Origin: Patescibacteria group bacterium
Lineage (GTDB): Bacteria; Patescibacteriota; Minisyncoccia; Phycocordibacterales; Phycocordibacteraceae
Assembly: GCA_018970425.1 (NCBI GenBank)
Contig: JAGWWK010000004.1
Location: 1,811-65,810, forward strand
Length of the DNA: 64,000 nucleotides
Direction: 5' to 3'
Part shown: piece by piece, positions 32,413 to 42,428 of the stretch
Numbering within the stretch: the stretch's first letter is position 1
How the letters are laid out: each line of letters opens with the position of its first letter
Translations under genes and position numbers: made by a program
The notes under the pieces: generated by a model
The model's input: only the letters and a program-made list of their open reading frames with translations
The model's database searches: none
What the model was told of the DNA's origin: nothing

Positions 32413-33647
32413 GTATCTACATGGTTGGGATCGGCGGTATTGGCATGAGTGCTCTGGCGCAGCTCTACCATGCTCGCGGGGAACGCGTTTCAGGTGAAGA
32501 CAAAGTCGCAGGACCGACTACCGAACTTCTTCAAGAAAAAGGCATTATTGTTTACATTGGGGAAGGAGAGGCGCCCGAAGATACCGCGCTCGTTATTTTT
32601 TCTGACGCAGTACCTGCGCACAACAAGGCACGTGCCAATGCTCGGGCGCGCGGTATTCGTGAGCTTTCGTACTTCCAAGCGCTTGGTGAAGTGTCTCGCT
32701 CCGCGCGCACCATAGCAGTAGCCGGGACTCACGGTAAGACCACGACGACTGCGATGCTTGCGAAAATACTTATCGATGCAGGCAAGCGGCCAACGGTTAT
32801 TGTGGGCTCACTAATGAAAGACTTCGGCTCTAACTTTGTTGCGGGTGACCCCAATCTTCTTGTTGTTGAGGCGTGCGAATACCGTGACCATGTATTAGAG
32901 CTCACGCCAGATATTCTTGTACTAACAAATATTGAATGGGACCATACTGACTGGTTTGTGACAGAAGCGGCTCTGCGGGCGACGTTTGAGCGTGCTCGGC
33001 AGATGGCGAAAACAGTGATCGACGCAGATGTCTACCAAGCGGAGCCTGCATATGCTACCAGTCTCATTGGCGATTTTAATAGAGACAACGCACGCGCGGC
33101 CGCCGCTGCGGCGAAGGCTGCATTCCCAGACATTAGTCCAGAGCACATTGCACGCAGTTTGAAAGAATTTCAGGGGACGTGGCGCAGATTTGAACGGGTG
33201 GGTACGACGCGAGAAGGTGCGGTTGTATTTGATGACTACGCGCATCACCCAACGGCAGTGCGTAAAACGCTTGAGGCTGCTCGGGCGGACGATCCTCGGA
33301 TTCACACGGCATCCCTAGTCGTCGTGTTTCAGCCGCACCTGTACACCCGTACGCGCGATTTGATGCAGGAGTTTGCGGCAGCTTTTGGAGCTGCTGACCA
33401 GGTGATTGTTGCGCCGATTTACGGAGCTCGCGAAGCGCCTATCCCGGGGATTACCAACGAGACGCTCGCTGCCGCGATTGAGGCGCACGGTACGACCGCG
33501 CGAGCCATGAATTCATTTTCTGAAATAGAAACATATCTTCACTCCGTGAGTAATTCTGAGACGCGGATCATTACCATGGGGGCTGGTGACGTGTACACTA
33601 TCGCGAAGCGTCTGATAGATCCTGTCTCTCAAGTACGAACAGCATGA
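32409..33647 (+). CDS. murC: UDP-N-acetylmuramate--L-alanine ligase
   Basis: The N-terminus reads 'IYMVGIGGIGMSALAQLY' and the P-loop reads 'AVAGTHGKTTTTAMLA'. Mur ligase middle and C-terminal domains are present. Confidence 0.85.
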   Translation: MSIYMVGIGGIGMSALAQLYHARGERVSGEDKVAGPTTELLQEKGIIVYIGEGEAPEDTALVIFSDAVPAHNKARANARARGIRELSYFQALGEVSRSARTIAVAGTHGKTTTTAMLAKILIDAGKRPTVIVGSLMKDFGSNFVAGDPNLLVVEACEYRDHVLELTPDILVLTNIEWDHTDWFVTEAALRATFERARQMAKTVIDADVYQAEPAYATSLIGDFNRDNARAAAAAAKAAFPDISPEHIARSLKEFQGTWRRFERVGTTREGAVVFDDYAHHPTAVRKTLEAARADDPRIHTASLVVVFQPHLYTRTRDLMQEFAAAFGAADQVIVAPIYGAREAPIPGITNETLAAAIEAHGTTARAMNSFSEIETYLHSVSNSETRIITMGAGDVYTIAKRLIDPVSQVRTA

Positions 33648-34318
33648 GCGGAACACTCTACATTGTGGCCACACCCATAGGGAATTTGAGCGACATTACG
33701 CTCCGCGCGCTTGATGTGCTCCGATCCGTCGATACCATAGTGGCTGAAGATACGCGGGTGACCGCAAAGCTCCTTCAGCGATACTCGATTGAAAAGCCGC
33801 TGCAGTCGCTCCGCGCGCGATCTGCCCGCGTCTACTTTGAAAATGTAGCGCGTATGGTTCAAGAAGGTCGCACTATTGCGTATGTAACAGATGCCGGTAC
33901 GCCAGGTATTTCAGACCCTGGCCCTATTCTCGTATCGCTTGTGCGCGAGTATGCGGGTGAGGGAGCTGTTATCGCAATCCCCGGTCCGTCGGCAGTTATA
34001 GCTGCCGTGTCTGTTTCTGGGATGCCCACTGACCAATTTGTATTTCTCGGTTTCTTGCCGCATAAGAAGGGAAGGCAGAAAGCACTCGATGCGCTTGTCC
34101 GAGAAAGGCGATTAGTTGTGCTGTATGAGTCGCCATATCGCATCAAAAAGCTTTTCCATGAGCTTGCGGAGCGCGTTCCGGATCGGCGCGCAGTTATAGC
34201 GCATGAACTGACCAAATTGTTTGAGAAAACTCGTGCGGGTACGGTGTCTGAACTCCTCGAGCGTATTGGAAAAGATATCCCCGAACGGGGGGAGTTTGTC
34301 GTGATGCTTGCACCCTGA
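33644..34318 (+). CDS. rsmI: 16S rRNA (cytidine1402-2'-O)-methyltransferase RsmI
   Basis: The N-terminus 'LYIVATPIGNLSDITLRALDVLRSVDTIVAEDTRVT' matches the tetrapyrrole-methylase-fold RsmI family. Confidence 0.8.
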   Translation: MSGTLYIVATPIGNLSDITLRALDVLRSVDTIVAEDTRVTAKLLQRYSIEKPLQSLRARSARVYFENVARMVQEGRTIAYVTDAGTPGISDPGPILVSLVREYAGEGAVIAIPGPSAVIAAVSVSGMPTDQFVFLGFLPHKKGRQKALDALVRERRLVVLYESPYRIKKLFHELAERVPDRRAVIAHELTKLFEKTRAGTVSELLERIGKDIPERGEFVVMLAP

Positions 34319-34324
34319 TACACT

Positions 34325-34558
34325 TTGAGCGTGTCGAAAGCCGTCATTGTATCGATTCTCGGTGTTATTGTCGCCTTTATTCCGATAGACGGGCTTCCTG
34401 ATTCTATAAGTAGCGCCCTCACGGTCATCGCGGGAGTGAGCATTGCCCTCCTCGGCGTGTTGATGCGCTTTGAACGACTGTGGCTCATTCGCGCTCGACG
34501 CGGAGGCCACGCGACGGACGCATACGCGGAAAACGCTGCTCCAGACCTGCATGGTTAG
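34325..34558 (+). CDS. Hypothetical small two-TM membrane protein
   Basis: A 77-aa ORF with two hydrophobic helices. It fills the gap between rsmI and the next gene. Weak support. Confidence 0.25.
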   Translation: MSVSKAVIVSILGVIVAFIPIDGLPDSISSALTVIAGVSIALLGVLMRFERLWLIRARRGGHATDAYAENAAPDLHG

Positions 34559-35756
34559 CCCTGTGCGTGCCGCGGGCGCGGTAGCCGTAGTGGGGATACT
34601 GGCAGGAACAATGTACGCTGTACCATCTGAATGGCAGTTAGGTGGCAGTATCCCCGTACAGGTTGAGGCAGAAGCGCCACCCGTACGTTCAAGGGAGACT
34701 CCTGTGCCGCTCTACGGCATCTATATGTCGCAGTGTGTTGTGGGTACGCCATCGTTTCGTGACAAACTTGTCGCGCTTATTGATGAAACACCACTCAATG
34801 CCGTAGTTATTGATATCAAAGACTATACTGGGCGTATTTCTTTTCAAACTGATAACCCCGTCCTTGCGGACTCGGTGTCCACTGCCTGCGGTGCGCGCGA
34901 TATGAAATCGTTTATCGCGCTCCTTCACGAGAAAGATATATACGTGATTGGACGCATTACCGTCTTTCAGGATCCGTACTACACGGCCAAACATCCAGAA
35001 GCTGCAGTGCAGTCTGCGTCACTGCGTCCCGGGGAACCATGGCGCGATCATAAAGGGCTTTCGTTTATCGACGTGTCGCATCGCCCGTACTGGGAGTATG
35101 TAGTCGAATTGTCGAAAGTCGCGCATACTGAATTTGGATTTGATGAGCTTAACTATGACTACATCCGGTATCCGTCAGATGGTCCGATGTCTGACGCGCG
35201 GTACGTAAATCCGAACAAGGCCGAGGCAGTCGAGCTCTTTTGGGCATATTTACATGAACGCGTGAAGCCGGTTGGAGTCACAATGTCGGCGGACCTGTTT
35301 GGTATGACGACAACGAATACTGACGATTTAAATATCGGACAACAGTTAGAGCGCGCGCTCCCGCACTTCGATTACATCATGCCGATGGTATACCCTTCGC
35401 ACTACCCAAAAAACTATCTTAATCTTGCCGATCCTAATATGGATCCGCGCGGTGTCGTCTTTCATGCAATGTCAGAGGCTGCTCGGCGCGTGGTGGCAAC
35501 GACGACTGTTGTCCGTACGTTAGGTGGCGAGTCGGTGCCGGGCGCTGAAAATCTTTTCACCAAGAGCTCATTTCCAACATCGGTCCTCCGTCCGTGGCTC
35601 CAAGATTTTGACTACGGAAAGGACTATACCGCTGCCGATATTGATGCTCAGATTCAAGCGACGCGAGAAGCAGGGCTTACCTCATGGGTTTTTTGGGATG
35701 CAGGGAACAAGTACGAAGCTCTTCGCGATTACTACGCGCGCGGCGTCGACCGGTAA
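34551..35756 (+). CDS. Membrane-anchored TIM-barrel glycoside-hydrolase-like protein (GHL/DUF4015-type putative glycosidase)
   Basis: A signal anchor 'AAGAVAVVGILAGTMYAV' is followed by 'LNAVVIDIKDYTGRISFQTDNP', 'DIYVIGRITVFQDP', 'ELNYDYIRYPSDG' and 'MPMVYPSHY'. These resemble uncharacterised GH-like (beta/alpha)8 families. The start was chosen at the internal Met. The frame is open from 34470. Confidence 0.5.
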   Translation: MVSPVRAAGAVAVVGILAGTMYAVPSEWQLGGSIPVQVEAEAPPVRSRETPVPLYGIYMSQCVVGTPSFRDKLVALIDETPLNAVVIDIKDYTGRISFQTDNPVLADSVSTACGARDMKSFIALLHEKDIYVIGRITVFQDPYYTAKHPEAAVQSASLRPGEPWRDHKGLSFIDVSHRPYWEYVVELSKVAHTEFGFDELNYDYIRYPSDGPMSDARYVNPNKAEAVELFWAYLHERVKPVGVTMSADLFGMTTTNTDDLNIGQQLERALPHFDYIMPMVYPSHYPKNYLNLADPNMDPRGVVFHAMSEAARRVVATTTVVRTLGGESVPGAENLFTKSSFPTSVLRPWLQDFDYGKDYTAADIDAQIQATREAGLTSWVFWDAGNKYEALRDYYARGVDR

Positions 35757-35772
35757 GCGGTATACTGCCTGC

Positions 35773-37248
35773 ATGACGTGGGGCACAGACGTGACGTATC
35801 TTGCCGCAACAAACATCAAGGGTCGCGTAGTACCGTTTGGTATAAAAGATGCAGATAGGACGCACCATGTGTGCGTGTTGGGGAAGGTAGGTTCCGGGCG
35901 CAGCGCATTCCTTTCTCGCATGGCGCTTCAAGATATTGAGCGCGGCGTTGGCGTGTTAGTGCTCGATGGTAGTGGCAATGTAGGGCCAATGATTATGGAG
36001 CGCTTGCCAAAAAATGCGATAGAGCACCTTGCGTTTGTTGACGCAGCAGACGCGGAGTATCCATTTTCATGGAACATTCCGAACGAGTTTCGTCACTCCG
36101 CGCGCGGAGAGGAGCTGTGGCTACGCGCGTTCGCCTCAGCATATGGGGTAGAGCAGTCTGCGTTCACGGATGTGCTGGCGCGCTGGGTGCTTGCTGATCC
36201 GAGTCGGACACTCGTACATGCGTGGTTCGCACTTGAAACGCCACAAGCTACGGCAGCAGCATTTACAGAGGGGAGTCCAGATGCGGAGCTTTTACGGGCG
36301 GCAGAGCAAGCAGCGCCAGACGCGCGCGCAGAATTTATCGAGCGCGGAAAGTATGTTGCTAAAGATACGCTGGTTCGCAATATTCTTGGTCAACCTGACG
36401 GCAAGTTTTCGCTCCGCTCTCTCGCTAACGGAGGCATCTGCATCGTCGATCTCTCGAGAATACGCGTATTTCCCACACGGGTACAGCCACTGGTGCGGCT
36501 CTTTGCGTATGCCTTTCGCGCACATGCGGCCGATAACGCGGTTCCCGCGGCCTATTTTCATGATGTGCTTCGATACCTGTCTGCAGATGACGCGGACGCA
36601 TTGATGACAGATCGCTCCTATGCGCTTACGCTCTCAGACACGGTGTACCGCGAGAGCGATGTGCCGCTCCGCGAGCGCGCACTCAAGCGGTGTGGCTCGG
36701 TTGTCGCGTTTGAGCCGGACGAATCGGACGTACCGCTTGTACAGCAGCTCTTTTATCCATACCTCGGTGCTGATGAGTTGAAAGGGCTTGATGCGGGGGA
36801 AGCCTGCGTGTTTCTCACCATTGATGCGGTACGCTCAAATCCTTTTTTCGCTGCGTCACTGCCGCTTCAGGAGCGGACGCAGACATCACTCCAAGACATG
36901 ATTGTTGGCGCGCGCGCTGCGTACGCCGAACCTCGATCAAAAGTAGAGGAATTATTTGCAAAGAAAGAAAAGCCTAAAGATTCTGGTAAGCCGCCGCCAT
37001 TCAGCGACGCGTTTAAAAATATTATGGCCAAGCGAGACCCTACCAACTTTATTGCGCCAAGCGCTGCGACACAGGCAGGAACAGCACCACCACAGCCGCA
37101 GCCGGAAAAAGAGCTGCCAGCCCCGGAGAAAAAGGATGCCTCAAAGTCGTCAGAGCCTATCACCACTCCTCCTGTACCTGAGGAGAAGAAAGAGTTGTCC
37201 GAAGACGAGCTCCGCGCCTTACTATCAGCTGGCCCAATTCCTGCATGA
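35773..37248 (+). CDS. HerA/FtsK-superfamily (DUF87-like) P-loop ATPase-like protein with an Arg in place of the Walker A Lys, and a Pro/Lys/Glu-rich C-terminal tail
   Basis: The motif 'DRTHHVCVLGKVGSGRSAFLS' follows the H-x-[LIV]2-G-x-x-GSGKS pattern of DUF87/HerA ATPases, but with R where K is expected. The C-terminus is low-complexity ('PPQPQPEKELPAPEKKDASKSSEPITTPPVPEEKKELSEDE'). The start is placed at the ATG at 35773, after the upstream stop. Confidence 0.5.
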   Translation: MTWGTDVTYLAATNIKGRVVPFGIKDADRTHHVCVLGKVGSGRSAFLSRMALQDIERGVGVLVLDGSGNVGPMIMERLPKNAIEHLAFVDAADAEYPFSWNIPNEFRHSARGEELWLRAFASAYGVEQSAFTDVLARWVLADPSRTLVHAWFALETPQATAAAFTEGSPDAELLRAAEQAAPDARAEFIERGKYVAKDTLVRNILGQPDGKFSLRSLANGGICIVDLSRIRVFPTRVQPLVRLFAYAFRAHAADNAVPAAYFHDVLRYLSADDADALMTDRSYALTLSDTVYRESDVPLRERALKRCGSVVAFEPDESDVPLVQQLFYPYLGADELKGLDAGEACVFLTIDAVRSNPFFAASLPLQERTQTSLQDMIVGARAAYAEPRSKVEELFAKKEKPKDSGKPPPFSDAFKNIMAKRDPTNFIAPSAATQAGTAPPQPQPEKELPAPEKKDASKSSEPITTPPVPEEKKELSEDELRALLSAGPIPA

Positions 37249-37376
37249 GCTGGTTTTTTGCGCTCCTCATGCTCATAGCCGTGACCGCGTATGGTGTTAT
37301 CCATGCGCGAAGAGTGCGTCAAAGAAGCGGTATTACAATTGTTGCGATAGAGCGAAAAAAGCTATAATATATCAGT

Positions 37377-38237
37377 ATGTCAAGTCCGCGACTAGCGGTT
37401 GTTACTGGTGGGGCTGGATTCATTGGCTCGCACCTTTGTGAACGACTCGTCAAAGAGGGCTATCGGGTGATCTCACTAGACAATTACTTCACAGGTTCAA
37501 AAGACAATCATGTGCCGGGTGTTGAGTATCGCGAGGGCCACACCAAGGATATTGCGCGACTGATTCCAGAGAATCCAGACATTGTGTACCATCTGGGCGA
37601 ATATGCTCGTGTCGAACAAAGTTTAAGTGAGCCAGATCTTGTCTGGGATCTCAATGTAGCGGGTACATTTGGTGTGTTGGAGTTTTGGCGGGCGCACCAG
37701 TGTAAGCTTGTGTATGCTGGATCATCGACAAAATTTGGTGATGGCGGGCTTGCCCGGATTGCCACGCCGTATGCATGGACAAAAGCTATGAATACTGAAC
37801 TGGTGCAGAATTATGGGGCGTGGTACAAGCTTTCATTTGCGATTACGTATTTTTATAATGTCTATGGTCCCCGTGAGCGTGCAGGAGCGTATGGTACAGT
37901 TGTAGAAATTTTTAAACAGAAATTTCATGCGGGTGATCCGCTCACCGTTGTTGCTCCAGGAACTCAAAAAAGAAACTTTACGCATGTCGATGATATTGTG
38001 AATGGCCTGGTTGTAGTAGGCGAGCGAGGATTTGGCGACGATTATGGACTCGGAAATCCTCGAGAATACACAATCATAGAAATTGCCAAACTTTTTGGTG
38101 GGAATATTATTATGCATCCAGAGCGACCAGGCAATCGTATGTCGTCTGCAATCGACATATCGAAAACGCAACTTTTGGGGTGGAAACCAGAAAGGTCACT
38201 TGAGGAGTATATACGTCTGGCGAAGATTCACGCATGA
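37377..38237 (+). CDS. NAD-dependent epimerase/dehydratase family protein (short extended SDR; UDP-sugar epimerase/decarboxylase-like)
   Basis: The N-terminus 'LAVVTGGAGFIGSHLCERL' is a Rossmann motif. The catalytic 'YAWTKAM' (YxxxK) is present. Length is 286 aa. Confidence 0.75.
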   Translation: MSSPRLAVVTGGAGFIGSHLCERLVKEGYRVISLDNYFTGSKDNHVPGVEYREGHTKDIARLIPENPDIVYHLGEYARVEQSLSEPDLVWDLNVAGTFGVLEFWRAHQCKLVYAGSSTKFGDGGLARIATPYAWTKAMNTELVQNYGAWYKLSFAITYFYNVYGPRERAGAYGTVVEIFKQKFHAGDPLTVVAPGTQKRNFTHVDDIVNGLVVVGERGFGDDYGLGNPREYTIIEIAKLFGGNIIMHPERPGNRMSSAIDISKTQLLGWKPERSLEEYIRLAKIHA

Positions 38238-39361
38238 AGCGCGTTCTTATTTTTTCGACAACGTATCATCCATATGTAGGAGGTGCTGAAATTGCTATCC
38301 AAGAGATTGCAAAGCGTTGTACCGATATTGAGTTTGACCTCCTAACGTGTCGAATGTCTCGGGCTAACCCTTTGGTTGAGAAGGTAGGACGTGTCACCAC
38401 TTACCGACTCGGCATGGGAATACCTCTTGTCGATAAGCTCTGTGCGCCGTTTTTAGGTGCTCTGAAGACACTCAACTTATCTCGAAAACATTCATACACT
38501 GCGTACTGGGCGATGATGGTGAGTTATATGAGCGGTGCTGCGTATATCGCAAATTTTCTACGATTCCGGAACCAAACGCCAATAGTGCTGACGCTTCAAG
38601 AGGGTGACTCGGAGGAACACCTGACAAAACGCTGGTTCGGGCTTCTTAATAGTGCATGGAAGTTAGCACTGAGGAACGCGCACATCGTCACTGTGATTAG
38701 CGCATACTTGGCTGTGCGTGCACGTAGGTTTGGTTGCACAGTGCCGATCGTGACGATTCCGAACGGCGTTGATACACACCTCTTTACTGGAGTCCTGACC
38801 AAACACAATAGTACGGTACTCATTACAACATCACGACTTGTTCAAAAAAACGGTATCGATACAGTACTTCGTGCGCTCCCACTTATGCCTGGTGTCCGGT
38901 TTCGCATTCTTGGTACAGGACCAGATCAAAAAAAGCTTAAGAACCTTGCAGCCTCACTCGGTATTTTAGAACGAGTCGAGTTCACTGGCCATGTTCCGTA
39001 TAAAGCTATTCCAGCGCATTTACATAAAGCTGACATTTTTGTTCGCCCATCGCGCTCAGAGGGAATGGGTAATTCATTTGTGGAAGCAATGGCAGCAGGG
39101 CTGCCTGTGATTGCTACTCAGGAAGGGGGTATTGCCGACTTCTTGTTTGATGCCAAACGGAATCCTGATAAGCCTACCACCGGTTGGGCAGTGGATAAAG
39201 ACTCTCCCGAGCAGATAGCGGTGGCCGTCCGTGAGATACTCGAGCATCCTGAAGCAGTAGAAAGGGTAAAAAAGGCGGCGCGTGACATGGTTATAAAAAA
39301 ATATGATTGGGATCTGGTTGCGAGAGATATGCGAGAGAAAGTTTTCGCGAATTTGCTATAG
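38234..39361 (+). CDS. Glycosyltransferase family 1
   Basis: The sequence 'IFVRPSRSEGMGNSFVEAMAAGLPVIATQEGG' is a GT1 C-terminal E-x7-E-type domain. Confidence 0.8.
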   Translation: MKRVLIFSTTYHPYVGGAEIAIQEIAKRCTDIEFDLLTCRMSRANPLVEKVGRVTTYRLGMGIPLVDKLCAPFLGALKTLNLSRKHSYTAYWAMMVSYMSGAAYIANFLRFRNQTPIVLTLQEGDSEEHLTKRWFGLLNSAWKLALRNAHIVTVISAYLAVRARRFGCTVPIVTIPNGVDTHLFTGVLTKHNSTVLITTSRLVQKNGIDTVLRALPLMPGVRFRILGTGPDQKKLKNLAASLGILERVEFTGHVPYKAIPAHLHKADIFVRPSRSEGMGNSFVEAMAAGLPVIATQEGGIADFLFDAKRNPDKPTTGWAVDKDSPEQIAVAVREILEHPEAVERVKKAARDMVIKKYDWDLVARDMREKVFANLL

Positions 39362-39368
39362 TGCCCCT

Positions 39369-40478
39369 ATGCGAGTCCTTGTGGCCACAGGCCTCTATCC
39401 GCCTGAAATAGGGGGGCCGGCGACCTATGCGGCGCTTCTTGAGGATAAGCTCGCGAGTCGAGGCATAACCCCAGTCGTCCTCCCGTTTCGTGGGGTACGG
39501 GCCTATCCTCGAGGAATTCGTCACCTCAAATATTTCTGGACAGTATTTAGAGCAGCGCAGCATGCAGATGTGGTCCTTGCACTCGACCCCTTTTCAGTCG
39601 GTGTTCCAGCTCGCCTCGCTGCACTTTTGAGACGTAAACCGTTTGTAATAAAAATTGTTGGTGACTATGCCTGGGAACAAGCTCGGCAGCAATTTGGATT
39701 TGAAGGGACACTAGAATCGTTTCAAGACGCGCGCGTGCGTCTGGTTCCGACGATTATGCGAGTTGTCGAGCGAGTGGTCGCGCGGACGGCGCACGCAGTC
39801 GTAGTTCCTAGCGAGTACCTTGCGGGCATTATTCGCCTATGGGGCGTTATGCCGTCTCGCCTCTCGGTCGTCTACAACGGTGTTTCGATTGCTGATGTTG
39901 GCAGTCGGGACATAATTCGCGGGATGCTCCATTTTTCGGGACGACTCATCATTTCTGTAGGCAGGCTGGTTCCATGGAAGGGGTTCGAGGCGGTTATTCG
40001 CGTCTTCGCTCGCTTGCGTAAGAAAGACGAGTCACTCACTTTGTTTATTGTCGGGAGCGGGCCACAATCTGACGCGTTAGAGCGACTCGCCAAGCGTCAC
40101 GGTGTTTCGCGTTCCGTTATTTTTGCCGGAGCAGTAGATCATGAGGCTCTGCTTCGCTACATAAAGGCATCTGATGTGTTTGTACTCAATTCATCCTACG
40201 AGGGCTTCTCGCACCTCTTATTGGAGACTATGGCAGTCGGGACGCCTATTGTGACGACCCGCGTAGGTGGGAATCCTGAGCTCATTCAGCATGCGGTCAA
40301 CGGCTTCCTTATTGAGCCAAACGATGTGCGTGCCCTCGCGGAGAAGATTCAGCTCATTCTCGAAGATGCACCGCTTCGCGCGCGGATGAAAGAGGCCGGT
40401 GAAGCAACCGTGCGCTCGTTCACGGATGATCGCGCAGTAGACGGAATGGCGGCAGTACTTAGAGCAGTATGCGCGTAG
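39369..40478 (+). CDS. Glycosyltransferase family 1
   Basis: The N-terminus reads 'MRVLVATGLYPPEIGGPATY'. The C-terminus reads 'VFVLNSSYEGFSHLLLETMAVGTPIVTTRVGGNPE'. The start is placed at the ATG at 39369, after the upstream stop. Confidence 0.8.
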   Translation: MRVLVATGLYPPEIGGPATYAALLEDKLASRGITPVVLPFRGVRAYPRGIRHLKYFWTVFRAAQHADVVLALDPFSVGVPARLAALLRRKPFVIKIVGDYAWEQARQQFGFEGTLESFQDARVRLVPTIMRVVERVVARTAHAVVVPSEYLAGIIRLWGVMPSRLSVVYNGVSIADVGSRDIIRGMLHFSGRLIISVGRLVPWKGFEAVIRVFARLRKKDESLTLFIVGSGPQSDALERLAKRHGVSRSVIFAGAVDHEALLRYIKASDVFVLNSSYEGFSHLLLETMAVGTPIVTTRVGGNPELIQHAVNGFLIEPNDVRALAEKIQLILEDAPLRARMKEAGEATVRSFTDDRAVDGMAAVLRAVCA

Positions 40479-41494
40479 TAATGCTCTCGACAGATCGGAC
40501 GATTCTCTCTCCAACTTCGCCTGCGGCTATGCGTATGCGTGCGTATGGTGCCTTGTTTGATTCTCTCACAGTGATCGTCGCCGGCACTGGTGCGTCACAA
40601 CAAATTGAATTGGCTCCGAATGTTGAGGTGCGCTATCCAGGTGGCCTAAGTAAACCTATAAATGCGCTCCGCATACTTTTCATAGCACGCAGGATTCCGG
40701 CTGATGTGCTATCCGCTCAAGATCCATTTTGGACGGGGGTCATAGGCCTCTGTGCTTTCAAACCACTTCAAATACAAGTACATACCGATACATGGGGAGT
40801 CATCGGTACTATACTTGCACGATTCACACTTCCGCGTGCACGGCGGATCCGTGTCGTATCGGAGCGGATTCGTGCTCGTGTTGCTCAAGTTACTTCACGG
40901 CCAATAGACGTCATACCGATTTTCGTAGACCCAGTTCGTTTTTCTGAATTACTTCCGAAGCCGGCCGAATTCGGTCCACACCCTCGGATTCTAGTTGTAT
41001 CCAGGCTCGCTCCGGAGAAAAGGGTCGACCTCGCAATTCGCGCCATAGTGCATGTACCAGATGCCCATTTATACATTGTCGGAGATGGATTGCTTAAGGC
41101 ATCATTACAATCCCTCGCTGCAGCAATAGGGGTAGCAGATCGAACACATTTCATCGGTTGGCGCGATGATGTGCGGCCGTACTATCAGCACGCATCTTGT
41201 TTTGCATGTACATCACAGTTTGAGGGATACGGTATGGCGCTTGTTGAAGCTGTTCTATCGGGTTGCTCAGTGGTGACGACAGATGTTGGCGTAGCCCGGG
41301 ACTTGCCGTCGGGCTTGTGTACTGTTGTACCGGGGGATGTGAATGCGTTCGCTGGCGCCTTGCGTATTCAGATACAACTCGAAACTACTATTCGTACGCA
41401 TGGAGCACTGGAAATGCGGGCTCGTATGGGCAGTTACGACGAGTACTTGAGTAGGTATGCGCAAGCACTCAGAGAGACCTGCGCCAGAACCTAA
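40469..41494 (+). CDS. Glycosyltransferase family 1
   Basis: The sequence 'ILVVSRLAPEKRVDLAIRA...CFACTSQFEGYGMALVEAVLSGCSVVTTDVG'. Confidence 0.75.
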   Translation: MRVVMLSTDRTILSPTSPAAMRMRAYGALFDSLTVIVAGTGASQQIELAPNVEVRYPGGLSKPINALRILFIARRIPADVLSAQDPFWTGVIGLCAFKPLQIQVHTDTWGVIGTILARFTLPRARRIRVVSERIRARVAQVTSRPIDVIPIFVDPVRFSELLPKPAEFGPHPRILVVSRLAPEKRVDLAIRAIVHVPDAHLYIVGDGLLKASLQSLAAAIGVADRTHFIGWRDDVRPYYQHASCFACTSQFEGYGMALVEAVLSGCSVVTTDVGVARDLPSGLCTVVPGDVNAFAGALRIQIQLETTIRTHGALEMRARMGSYDEYLSRYAQALRETCART

Positions 41495-41555
41495 AGAGGG
41501 GGACATGTCTGCATTTCTCCGTTAATTCGCAAATGGTACACTCAGCGAGACCAGC

Positions 41556-42428
41556 ATGAAACTCCTTATCGTTACGCAGGCGGTAGATAGCAACCATTCA
41601 AACCTAGGTTTTTTTGTGCGTTGGATTGAGGAGTTCGCAGTCTGCACAGATGAAGTTTTGGTAGTCGCAAATGAAGTCGGCAGTTACAATCTCCCTAGTA
41701 ACGTGACCGTGCTGAGTCTCGGGAAAGAGCATGGATCGTCACGGCTTGCGAGGTATGTAAAGTTTCTATCGCTGATCATATGGTTCTCGCGCTCATACGA
41801 CGCAGTGTTCTGCCACATGAACCCTGAATATGTGATTGCGGGCGGGTGGTGGTGGAGGCTTACCGGCAAGCGTATTGTATTTTGGTACATGCACAAGTCG
41901 GTGACGTACCGGCTACGGCTTGCTGAAAAGCTCGCCCACGCGATCGCAACAGCGTCGCCAGAGAGTTTTAGACTTCCAACTACAAAGCTCAACATTGTCG
42001 GCCATGGTATTAATACCGACCTGTTCCATCCAGAGCCGGACGTGCCTCGGGGTACACACGCGCTTTCAGTCGGGCGACTGACAAAGAGCAAGCGCCATGA
42101 CAAGGCGATTGATCGAGCGGCTGAGCTCGGTCTCGAGTTGCGCATCGCTGGTGAGGGGCCTGAGCGCGATACGCTTGAGCAATACGCGCACAAGAAGGGC
42201 GCGCGAGTAGTATTTCTTGGAGGACTGACTCAAAATGAGTTGCGCGACGAGTATTTGCGCGCGGGACTTCTCATTCACACTTCGGAAACAGGAAGTCTAG
42301 ATAAGGTCCTTCTTGAAGCTGTGGCCACGGGAACTCCAATCGAAACTGAGTATTCGGTCTACATGCAATACGCACCGCAGTCATACAAAGTACTAATCCC
42401 AAAGCTTAGTGCGCTATGCAGGAAATGA
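41556..42428 (+). CDS. Glycosyltransferase family 1 (short)
   Basis: The sequence 'LSVGRLTKSKRHDKAIDRAAELGLELRIAGEGPE...LLIHTSETGSLDKVLLEAVATGTPI'. Confidence 0.7.
   Translation: MKLLIVTQAVDSNHSNLGFFVRWIEEFAVCTDEVLVVANEVGSYNLPSNVTVLSLGKEHGSSRLARYVKFLSLIIWFSRSYDAVFCHMNPEYVIAGGWWWRLTGKRIVFWYMHKSVTYRLRLAEKLAHAIATASPESFRLPTTKLNIVGHGINTDLFHPEPDVPRGTHALSVGRLTKSKRHDKAIDRAAELGLELRIAGEGPERDTLEQYAHKKGARVVFLGGLTQNELRDEYLRAGLLIHTSETGSLDKVLLEAVATGTPIETEYSVYMQYAPQSYKVLIPKLSALCRK

Noticed and set aside
36867-37322. A 151-aa minus-strand ORF overlapping the 3' end of the ATPase-like gene
   Set aside because: It is antisense to the low-complexity Pro/Lys/Glu-rich tail, and its own product is Ser/Gly low-complexity. 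It is treated as spurious.
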